From contig JAWCRZ010000005.1 of the NCBI GenBank assembly GCA_038868995.1, positions 4,632 to 68,631 of the forward strand: 64,000 nt of DNA, read 5' to 3'. Below the pieces are notes generated by a model. That model saw only the letters and a program-made list of their open reading frames with translations, was not told where the DNA came from and ran no database searches. Made by a program: the position numbers and the translations under genes. This DNA comes from Candidatus Woesearchaeota archaeon. GTDB taxonomy: Archaea; Nanobdellota; Nanobdellia; Woesearchaeales; ARS49. Positions 27,101 to 36,868 of this stretch are shown piece by piece (the first letter of the stretch is position 1; every line of letters starts with the position of its first letter).

Positions 27101-29887
27101 TACGCTCCGGGAGCGAACTACACATTCGGAATCAACTTCACTGACAACGGAAACATAACAAACGTAACATTCATGCTGGGAAGCACAGCTTACACCAACG
27201 TCTCACAGAACGGTTCGTTCTACCAGACAACTGTAAGCGACCTCGCGGCAGGTAACTACACGTTCCAATGGACGGCGAAAGACAGCGCGAACAACACAAA
27301 CGTGAGCAACCGCTCAATATTCACAGTCTTGAAAGCAAACAGCGACTTGCAGTTGACCCTGAATGGCACTGCAGGAAACATAACTGTTCCGCAAGGCACA
27401 GTTGTTTCAGCAGGTGCAAACCTGACAAATACAACCGGCACTGTGTCAATCTATAACAACGGTATTCTTGTAGCATCAGGAGCTTCGTCATTGAGCGCAA
27501 ACATCACATTCCCAATACAGGGCAGCTTCAACATAACCGCAAGCTTCGCAGGAAACCAGAACTACACTGGCAGCAACACAACCTTTGTTGTAACAGTGTC
27601 AGACACAGTCGCTCCTGCATTTGGAACACAGAGCGCAACGCCTGTATCACCAGCGTTGTTCACTTCATTATACAACTTCAAAGTAAACGTGACTGACAAT
27701 GTGGGTGTTACGGCAGTACAACTTTCAGTAAACAACGCTACAATAACCCCTGCATCACAAATTGGCAACACCAGCACCTGGGAAGTCAACCTGACCTCAT
27801 TGTCAGTAGGCAACCACAGCATGGCATGGACAGCCTCAGACGCAGCGGGAAACGTAAACAGCACCGCATTCAACTATACCGTAACGCCGGGCATTGCTGC
27901 ACTTGGACTTACAATAAACGGCGTTGCAGGAAACACATCAGTACAGGTTAATGACACGGTAACTATTGTTGCAAACGTGACCAACCCTGCAGGCGGCGCA
28001 GTAGACCTTTACATCAATGGCACACTGGCAAACACCAGCGCAAGCTCGCCAATGACGCACACAACCAGCTTTGCAGCAGCAGGCACAATACCAATCACTG
28101 CAGTGTTCCCAGGCGATGTGAACGTGTCAGCAGGAAACCTGACAAGATTCCTGACAATCACGCCAATCGTCGCTCAAGCGAACATCACGCCGGCATCAGG
28201 CAGCCTGTTGAACTACAGCTCATTCATAATGACGCTTGACACCAACCAAGTTACCACTTGCAGTTGGAGCTTCTCAGACGTGGCACAAGGAAGCATGAAC
28301 AACAGCTTTGCAACTGCAAACGGCTTGAACCATACAGCAAACATCTCAGGACTTGGCTTGGGTGTAAACCCGGTGTTTGTCGCGTGCAACAACCAAAGCG
28401 CGGCATCAAACACAGACCTTGTCTACACCGCAGTCAACATCCTTGACGGCAGCGTATTAATAGCTCCAAACAGCATCAGCGGAACAATAATGAAATCAAG
28501 CACGCTGAATACAACCACGCTCACAAACGTGACTGGAACTTCAAACACACTCAAGAACGTAACAGCATCAGCGAACTCAGTCATTAACAGCTCAATCCTG
28601 ACAAACTGTGTTATAACAAACAGCACAGTAAAGGATGTCGTAGCAACCGACTGTGTATTCTCGGACAGCTACGTTGACCCAAGCAACCTGACAGGCAGCA
28701 CAGTAACAGCTTCAAGCACAATTGTGGACAGCAATGTAACGTTCAGCACAGTAACAAACAGCACAATCACAAACAGCAGGATAAACGGCAGTTCATTGAC
28801 AGGATGCCTTGTGGCAAACAGCACATTCAGCGGCGCAACAGCAGTTGACTGTGTAATATTGAATATGGTAATCAGCGCAGGAAACATCAGCGTGCCAACA
28901 CCAAACGGCACGTTCACCTACGACGCGAACGTAAGCGGACCAGCAAACCTGTCTGCAATCATACCAGTTCCACCAGTAGCGAACTTCGTGCCATTGAGCG
29001 GTTCAACTGCGCCAGGAACAAATATAACATTTACCAGCACAAGCACTGACGCCAACATACCAGGGCCATTGAACGACTCACTGACGTTCTTCTGGGACTT
29101 CGGAGACGGCACAAACGCAACAGGTCCGGTGGTGTCAAAGGCATACAACGCAACAGGCACATACACCATAATGTTGACAGCGACTGACAGCTTTGGCTTC
29201 ACAAGCACAAAGACCGGCACGCATACAATCGCAATAACGCCTCCATTTGTACCAAGCTCAGGCGGTGGCGGAGGTGGAGGCGGAGGAGGCGGCTCAAGCG
29301 GCCTTGCACGCATACCACTTTCAGAAACACCAGTCAGCAGGGTAATCTACCAAGGCTCAGCTGTCCAGTTCACAATCAACGGCAAATTGCTTCCATTGAG
29401 CGCGACATTACGAAGAGTAAATTTCGTGAACAGCTCAACAGAATGGGTAATCAACGGAGTGTTCTACACACTCGCGAAAGGACAGAGCAGGCAGTTTGAC
29501 CTGACGAGAGACAAGACGCCAGAGCTTGACCTGACAATCGGCGAAATCAGCAGAAACAGCGTCACAATAACCGCAAAACTGGCAGGCACGGCAGCTGTCG
29601 TACAACCGCCATTGCCAGCATTCAACTTCACTCCAACAGAGCCGGAAGTTGTAAACCAGCCAGAAGAACCAGTTGTCAAGCCGGTTGAAGAAACCGAAGA
29701 GACAACTGTTCCAGTAACAGCTGACGTTGAACAGAGCAAGATGCAGAAGTTCATGCAGAAAGTCAAGGACTTGTTCACCATCAAGCTCTCAGCAAAGTCA
29801 GCAGCCGTGAAGGCAGGCATAGTTATTGCAGTTGTCTTGATCGGCCTGATTGCCTATGCACTATTCGTGCGATGGGAAAGCTTTTAA
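24149..29887 (+). CDS. giant (1912-aa) secreted surface protein with cadherin/Ig-like repeats, PKD domain, Gly11 tract and C-terminal TM anchor
   Basis: Signal peptide MKKLLLALLALLIVPAVHA. Repeated VNDAPV/F boundaries, PKD-like WDFGDGTNATG...YTIMLTATD, and C-terminal AGIVIAVVLIGLIAYALFV. Confidence 0.8.
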   Translation: MKKLLLALLALLIVPAVHAAVDVTYVFNQNNVEVSMYNCLDASCSQVAPFSGSIIKGPSATDGKITIRYPDSLATPFGYAGFFVSKGYRPLELRSTRHTGGAGGLAPPITVNAEFTKYPIVCRAVVSELNFVNELAPNMPLVVNTTAKLDASTASAFQLTDNDVNFIPPQYKQEYYGADTIVKMEVLQSGSVVHSQQKEFSAVKGNALIADSAVPVQFTYLPSSTGDFTVKVTAQVVDDQCASTEDQSANGAFSVLASTPSSQFYTILNGLTVNNTHPRAGQPVMVSYNKITNHADGVLGPLTPVQTDVVYTVKNGATTVFTSSQTLFANPDAVSPVTYSFVFTPTSAGVHTITVFGKANSALPTSKPEITDTESFQLNVLGSMNYKVVFQVSDASTGNPISNATVTLPGIGTLNTTINGTATFPSVPEGNYVYTVSASNFSSKNGDIKVKSDVVKAVLLHPGENESAANTPPYMNLPSTFQLQQNVPRSFNFFPYVQDDQDRDALLKLGVVGGNTSIAVDINPDGTVTFIPATGFTGSNTITFMLNDTQNATAVDSMVVTVVAGASSAPVFSAIPAVNTTEDTSAVRVLNLRDYVTDADTSLQNLVFSVISVSPSTLATARIDDRQFLTVIPKPDANGNGTIAVTVSDGTNTANTTITLIVAPVNDAPVVISIPKIPNINESTNYTLDLSLVFRDPDGDPLTYNITPTQNITFILNLSGPDVTIVPDFNVNGTRAFNITAIDPYGLTAKAAFTLFLNFVDDKPFFNAVIPNILTFEETPNSIDLTPFENDPEEGPGANGNSLIWKMQLANQSNLTPVTSLDTSLFTATINTSTDFLLIVPKANQSGIDMITLYLFDSTGKNISQNVTVTVVNVNDAPAFVNLSSKSAEAGLPFIFDINATDSDPTNDTVTFGLINVTPPLSGLAIDNTTGLINFTPSVNGVFAVNLQTCDNLGACSNGSFTLTISDTTAPTPGGQLMPPNPSIYAPGANYTFGINFTDNGNITNVTFMLGSTAYTNVSQNGSFYQTTVSDLAAGNYTFQWTAKDSANNTNVSNRSIFTVLKANSDLQLTLNGTAGNITVPQGTVVSAGANLTNTTGTVSIYNNGILVASGASSLSANITFPIQGSFNITASFAGNQNYTGSNTTFVVTVSDTVAPAFGTQSATPVSPALFTSLYNFKVNVTDNVGVTAVQLSVNNATITPASQIGNTSTWEVNLTSLSVGNHSMAWTASDAAGNVNSTAFNYTVTPGIAALGLTINGVAGNTSVQVNDTVTIVANVTNPAGGAVDLYINGTLANTSASSPMTHTTSFAAAGTIPITAVFPGDVNVSAGNLTRFLTITPIVAQANITPASGSLLNYSSFIMTLDTNQVTTCSWSFSDVAQGSMNNSFATANGLNHTANISGLGLGVNPVFVACNNQSAASNTDLVYTAVNILDGSVLIAPNSISGTIMKSSTLNTTTLTNVTGTSNTLKNVTASANSVINSSILTNCVITNSTVKDVVATDCVFSDSYVDPSNLTGSTVTASSTIVDSNVTFSTVTNSTITNSRINGSSLTGCLVANSTFSGATAVDCVILNMVISAGNISVPTPNGTFTYDANVSGPANLSAIIPVPPVANFVPLSGSTAPGTNITFTSTSTDANIPGPLNDSLTFFWDFGDGTNATGPVVSKAYNATGTYTIMLTATDSFGFTSTKTGTHTIAITPPFVPSSGGGGGGGGGGGSSGLARIPLSETPVSRVIYQGSAVQFTINGKLLPLSATLRRVNFVNSSTEWVINGVFYTLAKGQSRQFDLTRDKTPELDLTIGEISRNSVTITAKLAGTAAVVQPPLPAFNFTPTEPEVVNQPEEPVVKPVEETEETTVPVTADVEQSKMQKFMQKVKDLFTIKLSAKSAAVKAGIVIAVVLIGLIAYALFVRWESF

Positions 29888-29901
29888 TTCTTTAATTTCA
29901 C

Positions 29902-30102
29902 TTATTCCACCGCATACTTCCACATAAGCACTGCAAGAGTTCCAGCAAGAAAGACAGCTATCCAGCTAAGCCAAAATGGCGCAACCCAGGTGCCGATAAC
30001 CAGAGGCCAGCCAAACGCAAGGCGCAAGGCGTGGACAAAAGTCACTATTGTAAATACCGTTGCAGCAACAAAATGAAGCGTCTTATCACCTTTTTTTGCC
30101 AT
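29902..30102 (-). CDS. small two-helix membrane protein
   Basis: 66-aa ORF with two hydrophobic stretches. Confidence 0.5.
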   Translation of the reverse strand: MAKKGDKTLHFVAATVFTIVTFVHALRLAFGWPLVIGTWVAPFWLSWIAVFLAGTLAVLMWKYAVE

Positions 30103-30166
30103 ATCTGTCAGGTTTGGTACATAGTTTAAATACTTTCTTGACTACTGCCTGGAAAAAAGGGAAAAT

Positions 30167-31111
30167 ATGATAGAACTTATCATTCTCATCATCGGGCTGG
30201 TTGGACTGTGGATTGGTTCAGAATTGGCAATAAACGGCGCAAAAAACATAGCAAACCATTTCAGAATATCATCCGGCTTCTTCGGGCTCACAATACTCTC
30301 AATCGGCACGAGCGTGCCTGAAATAGCAGTAAGCATTGCAGGAGGCATTGAGCGCATTTCAGGAATTGAAACATCAGGCATAGTAATCGGCAACATAGTA
30401 GGCAGCGCTGCAAACCTACTGACAATACTCCTTGGCGCCATAGGCCTTTTTGGCGCACTATGGATTTCACCAAAGCGGTTGTTACGAGACGGACTGATGC
30501 TAATCGGCAGCGTAATTCTTCTTGCCGTACTGTCATTAAACGGGCAGTTTTCAATCATAGACGGATATCTTTTAATCGCCATATATTTTATCTACCTCGC
30601 AGACCTTGCCAGAGAAGAGAAACTGTATTCAAAAGTAACTGGAAGAAAACCACAACTGCATCTTGCGCTTGATTTATTGCGCCTTGTTGGAGGACTGCTG
30701 CTTGTTGTCTTTGCCAGCGACCACGTTGTCCGCAATGGAATAGAGCTGGCAAATGCCTGGGGCGTCACCCAGGCCTTTGTAGGCGTATTCGTCGTGGGAT
30801 TGGGCACAGGGCTGCCAGAGCTGGCGATATCCATCTCAGCACTCCGGAAAAAGCAAGTGCAGATGTCAATAGGCAACCTAATCGGCAGCAACATATGCGA
30901 CCTTTTGTTCGCCCTTGGCGCAGGCGCAGTAATTTCAGGATTTGTTGTGTCGCAGCAAGTGATTTTCTACGACCTTCCCGCACTGCTTATTATAGCATCA
31001 ACAGTGCTATTCTTCTTCAGGCGCGGATACAAATTGACAAAGTCAGAATCAACAATTCTAATCCTGATGTACATCACCTACATTGGAATACGGTTCTGGC
31101 TTTTCGGCTAA
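30167..31111 (+). CDS. Ca2+/cation antiporter (CaCA, YrbG-like)
   Basis: Two alpha-repeat motifs GTSVPEIAVSI and GTGLPELAISI, with about 10 TM helices. Confidence 0.85.
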   Translation: MIELIILIIGLVGLWIGSELAINGAKNIANHFRISSGFFGLTILSIGTSVPEIAVSIAGGIERISGIETSGIVIGNIVGSAANLLTILLGAIGLFGALWISPKRLLRDGLMLIGSVILLAVLSLNGQFSIIDGYLLIAIYFIYLADLAREEKLYSKVTGRKPQLHLALDLLRLVGGLLLVVFASDHVVRNGIELANAWGVTQAFVGVFVVGLGTGLPELAISISALRKKQVQMSIGNLIGSNICDLLFALGAGAVISGFVVSQQVIFYDLPALLIIASTVLFFFRRGYKLTKSESTILILMYITYIGIRFWLFG

Positions 31112-31509
31112 AGCTGCAGCAAACGGTCAAGCTCTTCTGCAGCACGCTTCATCTCGTCCATCGCACGCTGCATGTCACGCTGCAGCTCTTCGACGAGCAG
31201 TGTAAGGCGGTCACCACGCATTACATACAGGTTGCCCTCGTGGTGTATAATGCCCCGTTCCATCAGTGTATTCAAATGATGGATAACGGTGGCTCTGGTA
31301 AGTCCTAAGCGCTCTGCAAGCTCGTCGCTGGTCAGTCCGCCGGCTGCCTTAATGGCCTTGATTAATTCAATAAAAATACGAAAACACGATTTGTCCTTGT
31401 CGCGCTCTCCAAAAAGCCCCAACGCGCGCCCAAACCACTGAAGCTCTTCATTTACAGAGACTTCCTTAGGGCGCCGTACGTTGACTATTGTGATGCGACG
31501 GACAAACAT
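31108..31509 (-). CDS. winged-helix (ArsR-like) transcription regulator
   Basis: LTSDELAERLGLTRATVIHHLNTLMERGIIHHEG helix-turn-helix plus a C-terminal coiled coil. Confidence 0.6.
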   Translation of the reverse strand: MFVRRITIVNVRRPKEVSVNEELQWFGRALGLFGERDKDKSCFRIFIELIKAIKAAGGLTSDELAERLGLTRATVIHHLNTLMERGIIHHEGNLYVMRGDRLTLLVEELQRDMQRAMDEMKRAAEELDRLLQL

Positions 31510-31512
31510 GGC

Positions 31513-31869
31513 TCACCCCATATATGTCGGTATTTCCGGGGCCTTTTCGCCTAATTGCTTCATCAGCTCTTTCTGCTTCTTTTCAGCTTTAACAAGCGCT
31601 TTTGGCTTCTCAATCTTGCCAAACTCGTCCTCGTACTTCTTTACAACGCTTGCCAGAACTTCAAGAAATGCCTTCGCATGCCACGGGTCCATCATGACTA
31701 CATTATGCTTTAAATGGAAACTGGGCTTTTTGCTCCTCGGGTCGGTCCTTGGAGTAATGCACTTCATGTCCAACGTCATCTGGGTTGGAGTAAAGTTTAC
31801 CGTAACTTCATGCGCAAAGAAGGGCTCTCCTTCGCTTATGTTCAGATTGATTTGCTCTTGTGCCATCAT
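31513..31869 (-). CDS. DUF3467-like protein
   Basis: FAHEVTVNFTPTQMTLDM ... MMDPWHAKAFLEVLASVVKKYEDEFGKI matches my recollection of DUF3467. Confidence 0.5.
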   Translation of the reverse strand: MMAQEQINLNISEGEPFFAHEVTVNFTPTQMTLDMKCITPRTDPRSKKPSFHLKHNVVMMDPWHAKAFLEVLASVVKKYEDEFGKIEKPKALVKAEKKQKELMKQLGEKAPEIPTYMG

Positions 31870-32002
31870 GTTTCACCTCGTGTGTTGCTTCTGACATGTG
31901 ATGCAGGTATATAAGCTTTCCCTTTTTAAACGAAAAGTTTATATATTAGTATTGTATTTTATCAACTTCGTTGATGTAAGGTCAACTAAGTGGGATGGGA
32001 AA

Positions 32003-32545
32003 ATGAAGAAAGAAGACAAGAAACAACCATCAGAGGCAGAGCAATTGAAAGCAGAACTGGCAAAAAGCCAGGCAGTAATTGCGGACTACACAGACCATTT
32101 GAAACGCCTGCAGGCAGAATTTGAAAACTACTGCAAGCGCGTTGAGAAAGAACGCAAAGAATACGCAGGATTAGCATCAGAAAAACTGATTGTCAAACTC
32201 CTGCTAATCATCGATGACTTTGAGCGCGCCCTTGCAACGCTCAAAAACATGCCAGAAGAAGCACGAAAAGGCATTGAAATGATTTTCAAAAATTTGCACA
32301 AAATCTTGGATGAAGAACGGGTTGAGCCAATACAGTCAGTCGGGCAGAAATTCGACCCGTACAAGCACGAAGTAATACTCAAAGTTGAAAATGACCAGCC
32401 GGAAGACATCATTGTGGAAGAGCTCCAAAAGGGCTACACAATGAACGGCAAAGTCATCAGGTATGCCAAAGTAAAAGTAAGCAGTGGCAAGCAGATATTG
32501 CCAGCAAATGCTGGAAAAACCAGCGGAGGTAACAAAAATGGCTAA
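32003..32545 (+). CDS. grpE: nucleotide exchange factor GrpE
   Basis: [18 protein letters not shown] and C-terminal [12 protein letters not shown]. Start at MKKEDKK downstream of a TATA-like GTTTATATA. Confidence 0.9.
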   Translation: MKKEDKKQPSEAEQLKAELAKSQAVIADYTDHLKRLQAEFENYCKRVEKERKEYAGLASEKLIVKLLLIIDDFERALATLKNMPEEARKGIEMIFKNLHKILDEERVEPIQSVGQKFDPYKHEVILKVENDQPEDIIVEELQKGYTMNGKVIRYAKVKVSSGKQILPANAGKTSGGNKNG

Positions 32546-34358
32546 AGAAAAAATAATTGGAATTGACCTTGGAACATCAAACTCAGCAGCATCTGTGTTA
32601 GAGGCAGGAAGACCGAAGATAATTCCGTCAGCAGAAGGAGTCAGCATGTATGGAAAAGCATTTCCATCATTTGTTGCTTTTACAAAAGACGGGCAGCTGC
32701 TTGTTGGAGAGCCGGCAAGACGGCAAGCTGTCTCAAATCCGCAAGGAACCGTCTACGCTGCAAAAAGAAAAATGGGCACAAACTTCAAGTACCAGATTTA
32801 CGGCAAGGAATACACCCCCCAACAGATTTCTGCCTTTATCTTGCAGAAAATCAAGAGAGATGCAGAAGCATTCATAGGCGAGCCAATCAAGAAAGCAGTC
32901 ATTACAGTGCCAGCATACTTTGACGACAACCAAAGGCAGGCAACAAAAGACGCAGGAACAATTGCAGGACTGGAAGTAGTCAGAATTGTCAACGAGCCAA
33001 CAGCAGCAGCACTCGCCTACGGCCTTGACAAAGCAGACAAACAACAGAAGATTCTCGTGTTCGACCTTGGAGGCGGAACATTGGACGTCACAATAATGGA
33101 CTTTTCAGAAGGAGTTTTTGAGGTCATCAGCACATCAGGAGACACACAGCTGGGCGGCACAGATATGGACAATGCAGTGATTAACTACATAATCAGCGAG
33201 TTCAGAAAAGAATCAGGCATAGACCTGAACGAAGACGCTGTTGCAATGCAGCGCATCAGAGAGGCAGCTGAGAAAGCAAAGATAGAACTCAGCACAGTGC
33301 TTGAAACAGAGATTAACCTGCCATTCATCACTGCAACACAGGCAGGACCAAAACACCTGCAGATGAAGCTGACCAGGGCAAAACTTGACGAACTGGTAGA
33401 CCCAATAGTCAAAAGATGCAAAAAGTCAGTCGACCAGGCACTCTCAGACGCAAAACTATCAACAAAAGACCTTAACAAGGTTATACTTGTCGGAGGGCCA
33501 ACCAGAATGCCAATCGTGCAGAAATACCTGGAACAATGGTTTGGCAACAAAGTGGAAAGAAGCATCGACCCAATGGAGTGCGTAGCCATGGGAGCAGCAA
33601 TCCAGGCAGGAGTCCTTGCCGGAGAAGTCAAAGACATTCTTTTGCTTGATGTTACGCCATTGAGCTTGGGCATTGAAACACTGGGAGGCGTGTTCACCAA
33701 GCTGATTGAAAGAAACACAACAATCCCAGTAAAGAAAAGCCAGACGTTCAGCACAGCTGCAGACAACCAGCCGGCAGTCACTATCAGAATTGCACAGGGA
33801 GAACGCCCAATGTTTGCAGACAACAAACTCCTTGGACAGTTTGACCTTGTAGGCATTCCGCCAGCACCAAGAGGAGTGCCTCAGATTGAAGTCACGTTTG
33901 ACATTGATGCAAACGGCATATTGAATGTAAGTGCAAAAGACCTTGGAACTGGAAAAGAGCAAAGCATGAGAATAACCGCTCCAAACAAACTTGATGCCGC
34001 AGAAGTTGAGCGCATGAAAAAACAAGCAGAAGAGTTTGCAGAGGTTGACAGAAAAAAGAAAGAAGAAATAGAAACAATCAACCAGGCAGATACTCTTGTA
34101 TACACTGCAGAAAAGCAGCTCAAGGACTTTGAAGGCAAAGTAAGCGAAAAAGAAATAAAGGAAGTCAAAAATAAGGTAGAAGAGCTTAAGAAATTGCTCG
34201 CAGAGTCACCACGCGACGCTGGAAAAATCAAGAAAAAGCTTGATGAAACCAACCATGCATTGCACACAGCCGCAACTGCTTTATATCAAAAAGCAAGTTC
34301 CAAGGGCAAAGCGCAGACAAAACCGGCAGATGACGTAGTGGACACGGAAACAGCATAA
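32538..34358 (+). CDS. dnaK: chaperone DnaK (Hsp70)
   Basis: [20 protein letters not shown] and [17 protein letters not shown] lies 7 nt before the ATG. Confidence 0.95.
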   Translation: MAKEKIIGIDLGTSNSAASVLEAGRPKIIPSAEGVSMYGKAFPSFVAFTKDGQLLVGEPARRQAVSNPQGTVYAAKRKMGTNFKYQIYGKEYTPQQISAFILQKIKRDAEAFIGEPIKKAVITVPAYFDDNQRQATKDAGTIAGLEVVRIVNEPTAAALAYGLDKADKQQKILVFDLGGGTLDVTIMDFSEGVFEVISTSGDTQLGGTDMDNAVINYIISEFRKESGIDLNEDAVAMQRIREAAEKAKIELSTVLETEINLPFITATQAGPKHLQMKLTRAKLDELVDPIVKRCKKSVDQALSDAKLSTKDLNKVILVGGPTRMPIVQKYLEQWFGNKVERSIDPMECVAMGAAIQAGVLAGEVKDILLLDVTPLSLGIETLGGVFTKLIERNTTIPVKKSQTFSTAADNQPAVTIRIAQGERPMFADNKLLGQFDLVGIPPAPRGVPQIEVTFDIDANGILNVSAKDLGTGKEQSMRITAPNKLDAAEVERMKKQAEEFAEVDRKKKEEIETINQADTLVYTAEKQLKDFEGKVSEKEIKEVKNKVEELKKLLAESPRDAGKIKKKLDETNHALHTAATALYQKASSKGKAQTKPADDVVDTETA

Positions 34359-34516
34359 TGGACTACAGAATAATCGGATATGTTGCATTGGGGATGTTGG
34401 CACTATACATAGGGTTCTGCCTTATGGAAAGGTACGCTTTGCGGAAGCTTGCACAGATGGAATATGAACGCATTCTGAACAGCGATGAACACAAAGTCAA
34501 GGGAAGATATGAATGA
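34358..34516 (+). CDS. 52-aa membrane protein between dnaK and dnaJ
   Basis: TAATG overlap with dnaK and ATGA overlap with dnaJ. One hydrophobic helix, [18 protein letters not shown]. Confidence 0.45.
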   Translation: MDYRIIGYVALGMLALYIGFCLMERYALRKLAQMEYERILNSDEHKVKGRYE

Positions 34517-35580
34517 GCAAGGACTATTACAAAATACTCGGCGTGGAAAAAGGGGCTTCTCAGGAAGAAATCAAGTCCGCATACAAAAAATTAGCCAAGA
34601 AATACCATCCTGACATCAACAAAGAAGCAGGCGCTGCAGAAAAGTTCAAAGAAATCAATGAAGCAGCTGCAGTTCTCGGAGACCCTGAAAAAAGACAGCA
34701 ATACGACCAGTTCGGCACAGCAGGATTTAATGGACAGCAGTTCTCTGGCTTTGACTTCAGGGATTTTGCAGGCAATTTCAACTTCGACGAGATATTTGAC
34801 AATTTGTTCTCAGGATTCGGCTTCCGTACAGGAAGGCGTGGAAGACCGGGCAGGGATCTGGTGGCGGAAGTTGACGTAACAATGGAAGAAGTTGCAAAGG
34901 GCACAATGAGAGAAATAGAAATGCAAAGAATGGTTCAATGCGACAGGTGCGAAGGCAAAGGCGGAAGCGATTTCAACACTTGCAACACCTGCCAGGGACA
35001 AGGAATGGTAAGGCATGCAAGAAGAACGCCATTCGGCATGTTTGCAACAACTTCCACCTGCAACAAATGCAAAGGAACCGGTGAAGTTCCGGAAAAAATC
35101 TGCTCTGAATGTGACGGAGAAGGAAGAATAGTCAGCAGAGAGCCGGTAACAGTCAAAATTCCGCCAGGCGTTGAAGACGGCATGCGCTTGCGCGTGGCAG
35201 GAGCAGGCGAAGCAGGCGCAGAAGGAGCTCCAGCAGGCGATTTATACGTCATGGTTCACGTTCTTGACGACAAAAGATTTGTCAGGGAAGGCACAGACCT
35301 TGTTGTAGAAAAACAAATCAGCTTTGCAACTGCCTGCATAGGAGGAGAAACAACAGTGGAAACATTGGAAGGCAAGAAAAAAATCAACATAAAACCAGGA
35401 ACACAGAACAATTCTGAAATAAGATTGGAAGGAGAAGGACTTCCAGACATAAGAAGCGGCAGGCACGGCGATTTTGTAATCAAACTAACAATAGAAGTGC
35501 CCAAGAAGATAAGCAAAAAGCAGGCAGAACTGCTCAAAGAATTTGAAAAAGAAGGCAGGAAAAAGTGGGGATTGTTTTAA
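34513..35580 (+). CDS. dnaJ: co-chaperone DnaJ (Hsp40)
   Basis: J domain with HPD, G/F region, and four CxxCxGxG zinc motifs. Confidence 0.95.
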   Translation: MSKDYYKILGVEKGASQEEIKSAYKKLAKKYHPDINKEAGAAEKFKEINEAAAVLGDPEKRQQYDQFGTAGFNGQQFSGFDFRDFAGNFNFDEIFDNLFSGFGFRTGRRGRPGRDLVAEVDVTMEEVAKGTMREIEMQRMVQCDRCEGKGGSDFNTCNTCQGQGMVRHARRTPFGMFATTSTCNKCKGTGEVPEKICSECDGEGRIVSREPVTVKIPPGVEDGMRLRVAGAGEAGAEGAPAGDLYVMVHVLDDKRFVREGTDLVVEKQISFATACIGGETTVETLEGKKKINIKPGTQNNSEIRLEGEGLPDIRSGRHGDFVIKLTIEVPKKISKKQAELLKEFEKEGRKKWGLF

Positions 35581-35768
35581 GCCAGGCTTTCAACATAATC
35601 CCTCATCTCATGCGCTTCATGCCAGTCAATCCTGCCAGCCTGCAGCAAAGTGCTGATAGCCAGCAAATCGTCGCTGAAATTGTTGTATTTCATGCTTATC
35701 ACCTCAAAAATATCAGAGACACGCATTTTTAAATCAATTATGAAGAGCTGATAGAGACCCTGAATCCG

Positions 35769-35907
35769 GGTTAAGTCAAGTTTCTGGTGCTAATTTGTTT
35801 TGGTCCTCTGGACTCATTTTCTCTCCTCCTCGCAGGTGCGGAGGAGAGAAAAATGACCTCGGCAAAGCCGAGGCAGAGCGGCCAGCACCAGAGAGTTGAC
35901 AGCACCC
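35769..35907 (+). mobile_element. MITE-like element copy 5 (subfamily A, most intact)
   Basis: 139 bp, flanked by TGAATCCG / TGAATCCA. Perfect 13-bp hairpin at 35817-35852 and 7-bp hairpin at 35857-35873. Confidence 0.9.
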
Positions 35908-35921
35908 TGAATCCATAAAGC

Positions 35922-35928
35922 TTAAAAG
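35922..35928 (+). promoter_or_regulatory. TATA-like box (TTAAAAG)
   Basis: Lies 14 nt after the MITE end and about 22 nt before ATG 35951. Confidence 0.4.
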
Positions 35929-35950
35929 GAGAAGAAAAGGCATTTTGCAC

Positions 35951-36601
35951 ATGGTTAACGTCTATGTACATGGACCAAAATGGTTCTTTGGAGCTGATGC
36001 AATACTTGTCGCATTTGCGGCGCTAATTGCCATATGCGTCGCATTTGCATCATTCAGATTATACCGCATGACAAAAGAAAGAAAATACGCCTTCTTCACT
36101 GCCAGCTTTGTCCTGCTGACGCTCAGCTTTCTCGCACGCGCCATAACTGATACAATTCTTGAAGAGATATTCTTCAGCGTTCCCGTGCACTATGCGGGTT
36201 TGGTATTCTTTTACGGATATGTTGCGCACATATTGCTTGCTTTGACTGCATATTTGCTGCTAATTGTAATAACACACAAGATAAATGACAAACGCATAAT
36301 TGCATTATTGTTCCTTATCTTAGTGCCATGCCTGCTCATCAGCAGCAGCTATTATCTGAGCTTTTACTGGCTGAGCGCAATTTTCCTGACATTCATAAGC
36401 ATAGCCTACTACCAAAACTACCGAAAAGTTTGCACGGTATCATCCTGTCTTGTCTTCATTGCATTTGTATTACTGTCGCTCGCACAAGTACAGTTCCTGC
36501 TTGAAGCAGTCAATATTTCCTTTTACGTCAGCGCGCACATCACGCAGGCAATCGGCTTTTTGCTGCTGCTGATGGCATTGATTAGAACACTGCTCAAATG
36601 A
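35951..36601 (+). CDS. polytopic membrane protein
   Basis: About 6 hydrophobic helices. ATG at 35951 (the track ORF begins at TTG 35945). Confidence 0.6.
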   Translation: MVNVYVHGPKWFFGADAILVAFAALIAICVAFASFRLYRMTKERKYAFFTASFVLLTLSFLARAITDTILEEIFFSVPVHYAGLVFFYGYVAHILLALTAYLLLIVITHKINDKRIIALLFLILVPCLLISSSYYLSFYWLSAIFLTFISIAYYQNYRKVCTVSSCLVFIAFVLLSLAQVQFLLEAVNISFYVSAHITQAIGFLLLLMALIRTLLK

Positions 36602-36864
36602 AAAGAACAAAATTAGACATCGTGTACGATATGCTTCGGGCAATCGAAGACAAAGGAGGAAAAATAATCCCAACACACCTGCTATACAAATCAAACCTTT
36701 CGCACCAGCGCATGAAGTTGTATGTTGAGGAATTGAAGCAGAAGAACATGATAACAGAAACACACTTCAAGGATAAGCTGTTCTATGAATTAACAGATGA
36801 AGGCAGAAAATTCCTGCAAAATTTCAAGCAGATGAAGCAGTTCACAGAGGCATTTGGGCTGTAA
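36598..36864 (+). CDS. small winged-helix protein (HTH_45-like)
   Basis: DIVYDMLRAIEDKGG...THLLYKSNLSHQRMKLYVEELKQKNMI. ATGA overlap with the upstream gene. Confidence 0.5.
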   Translation: MKRTKLDIVYDMLRAIEDKGGKIIPTHLLYKSNLSHQRMKLYVEELKQKNMITETHFKDKLFYELTDEGRKFLQNFKQMKQFTEAFGL

Positions 36865-36868
36865 GCAT

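Noticed and set aside
29260-29292. GGN-rich simple repeat as a possible independent repeat or slippage element.
   Set aside because: It is in frame and encodes a Gly11 hinge within the giant ORF. The codons are mixed (GGC/GGT/GGA), so it is not a pure microsatellite.
33185-34267. Minus-strand ORFs of 223, 188 and 128 aa inside dnaK.
   Set aside because: They are antisense to an unambiguous dnaK reading frame.
35577-35693. 38-aa minus-strand ORF overlapping the dnaJ stop.
   Set aside because: It is very short, has no motif and no evident promoter, so it is unsupported.
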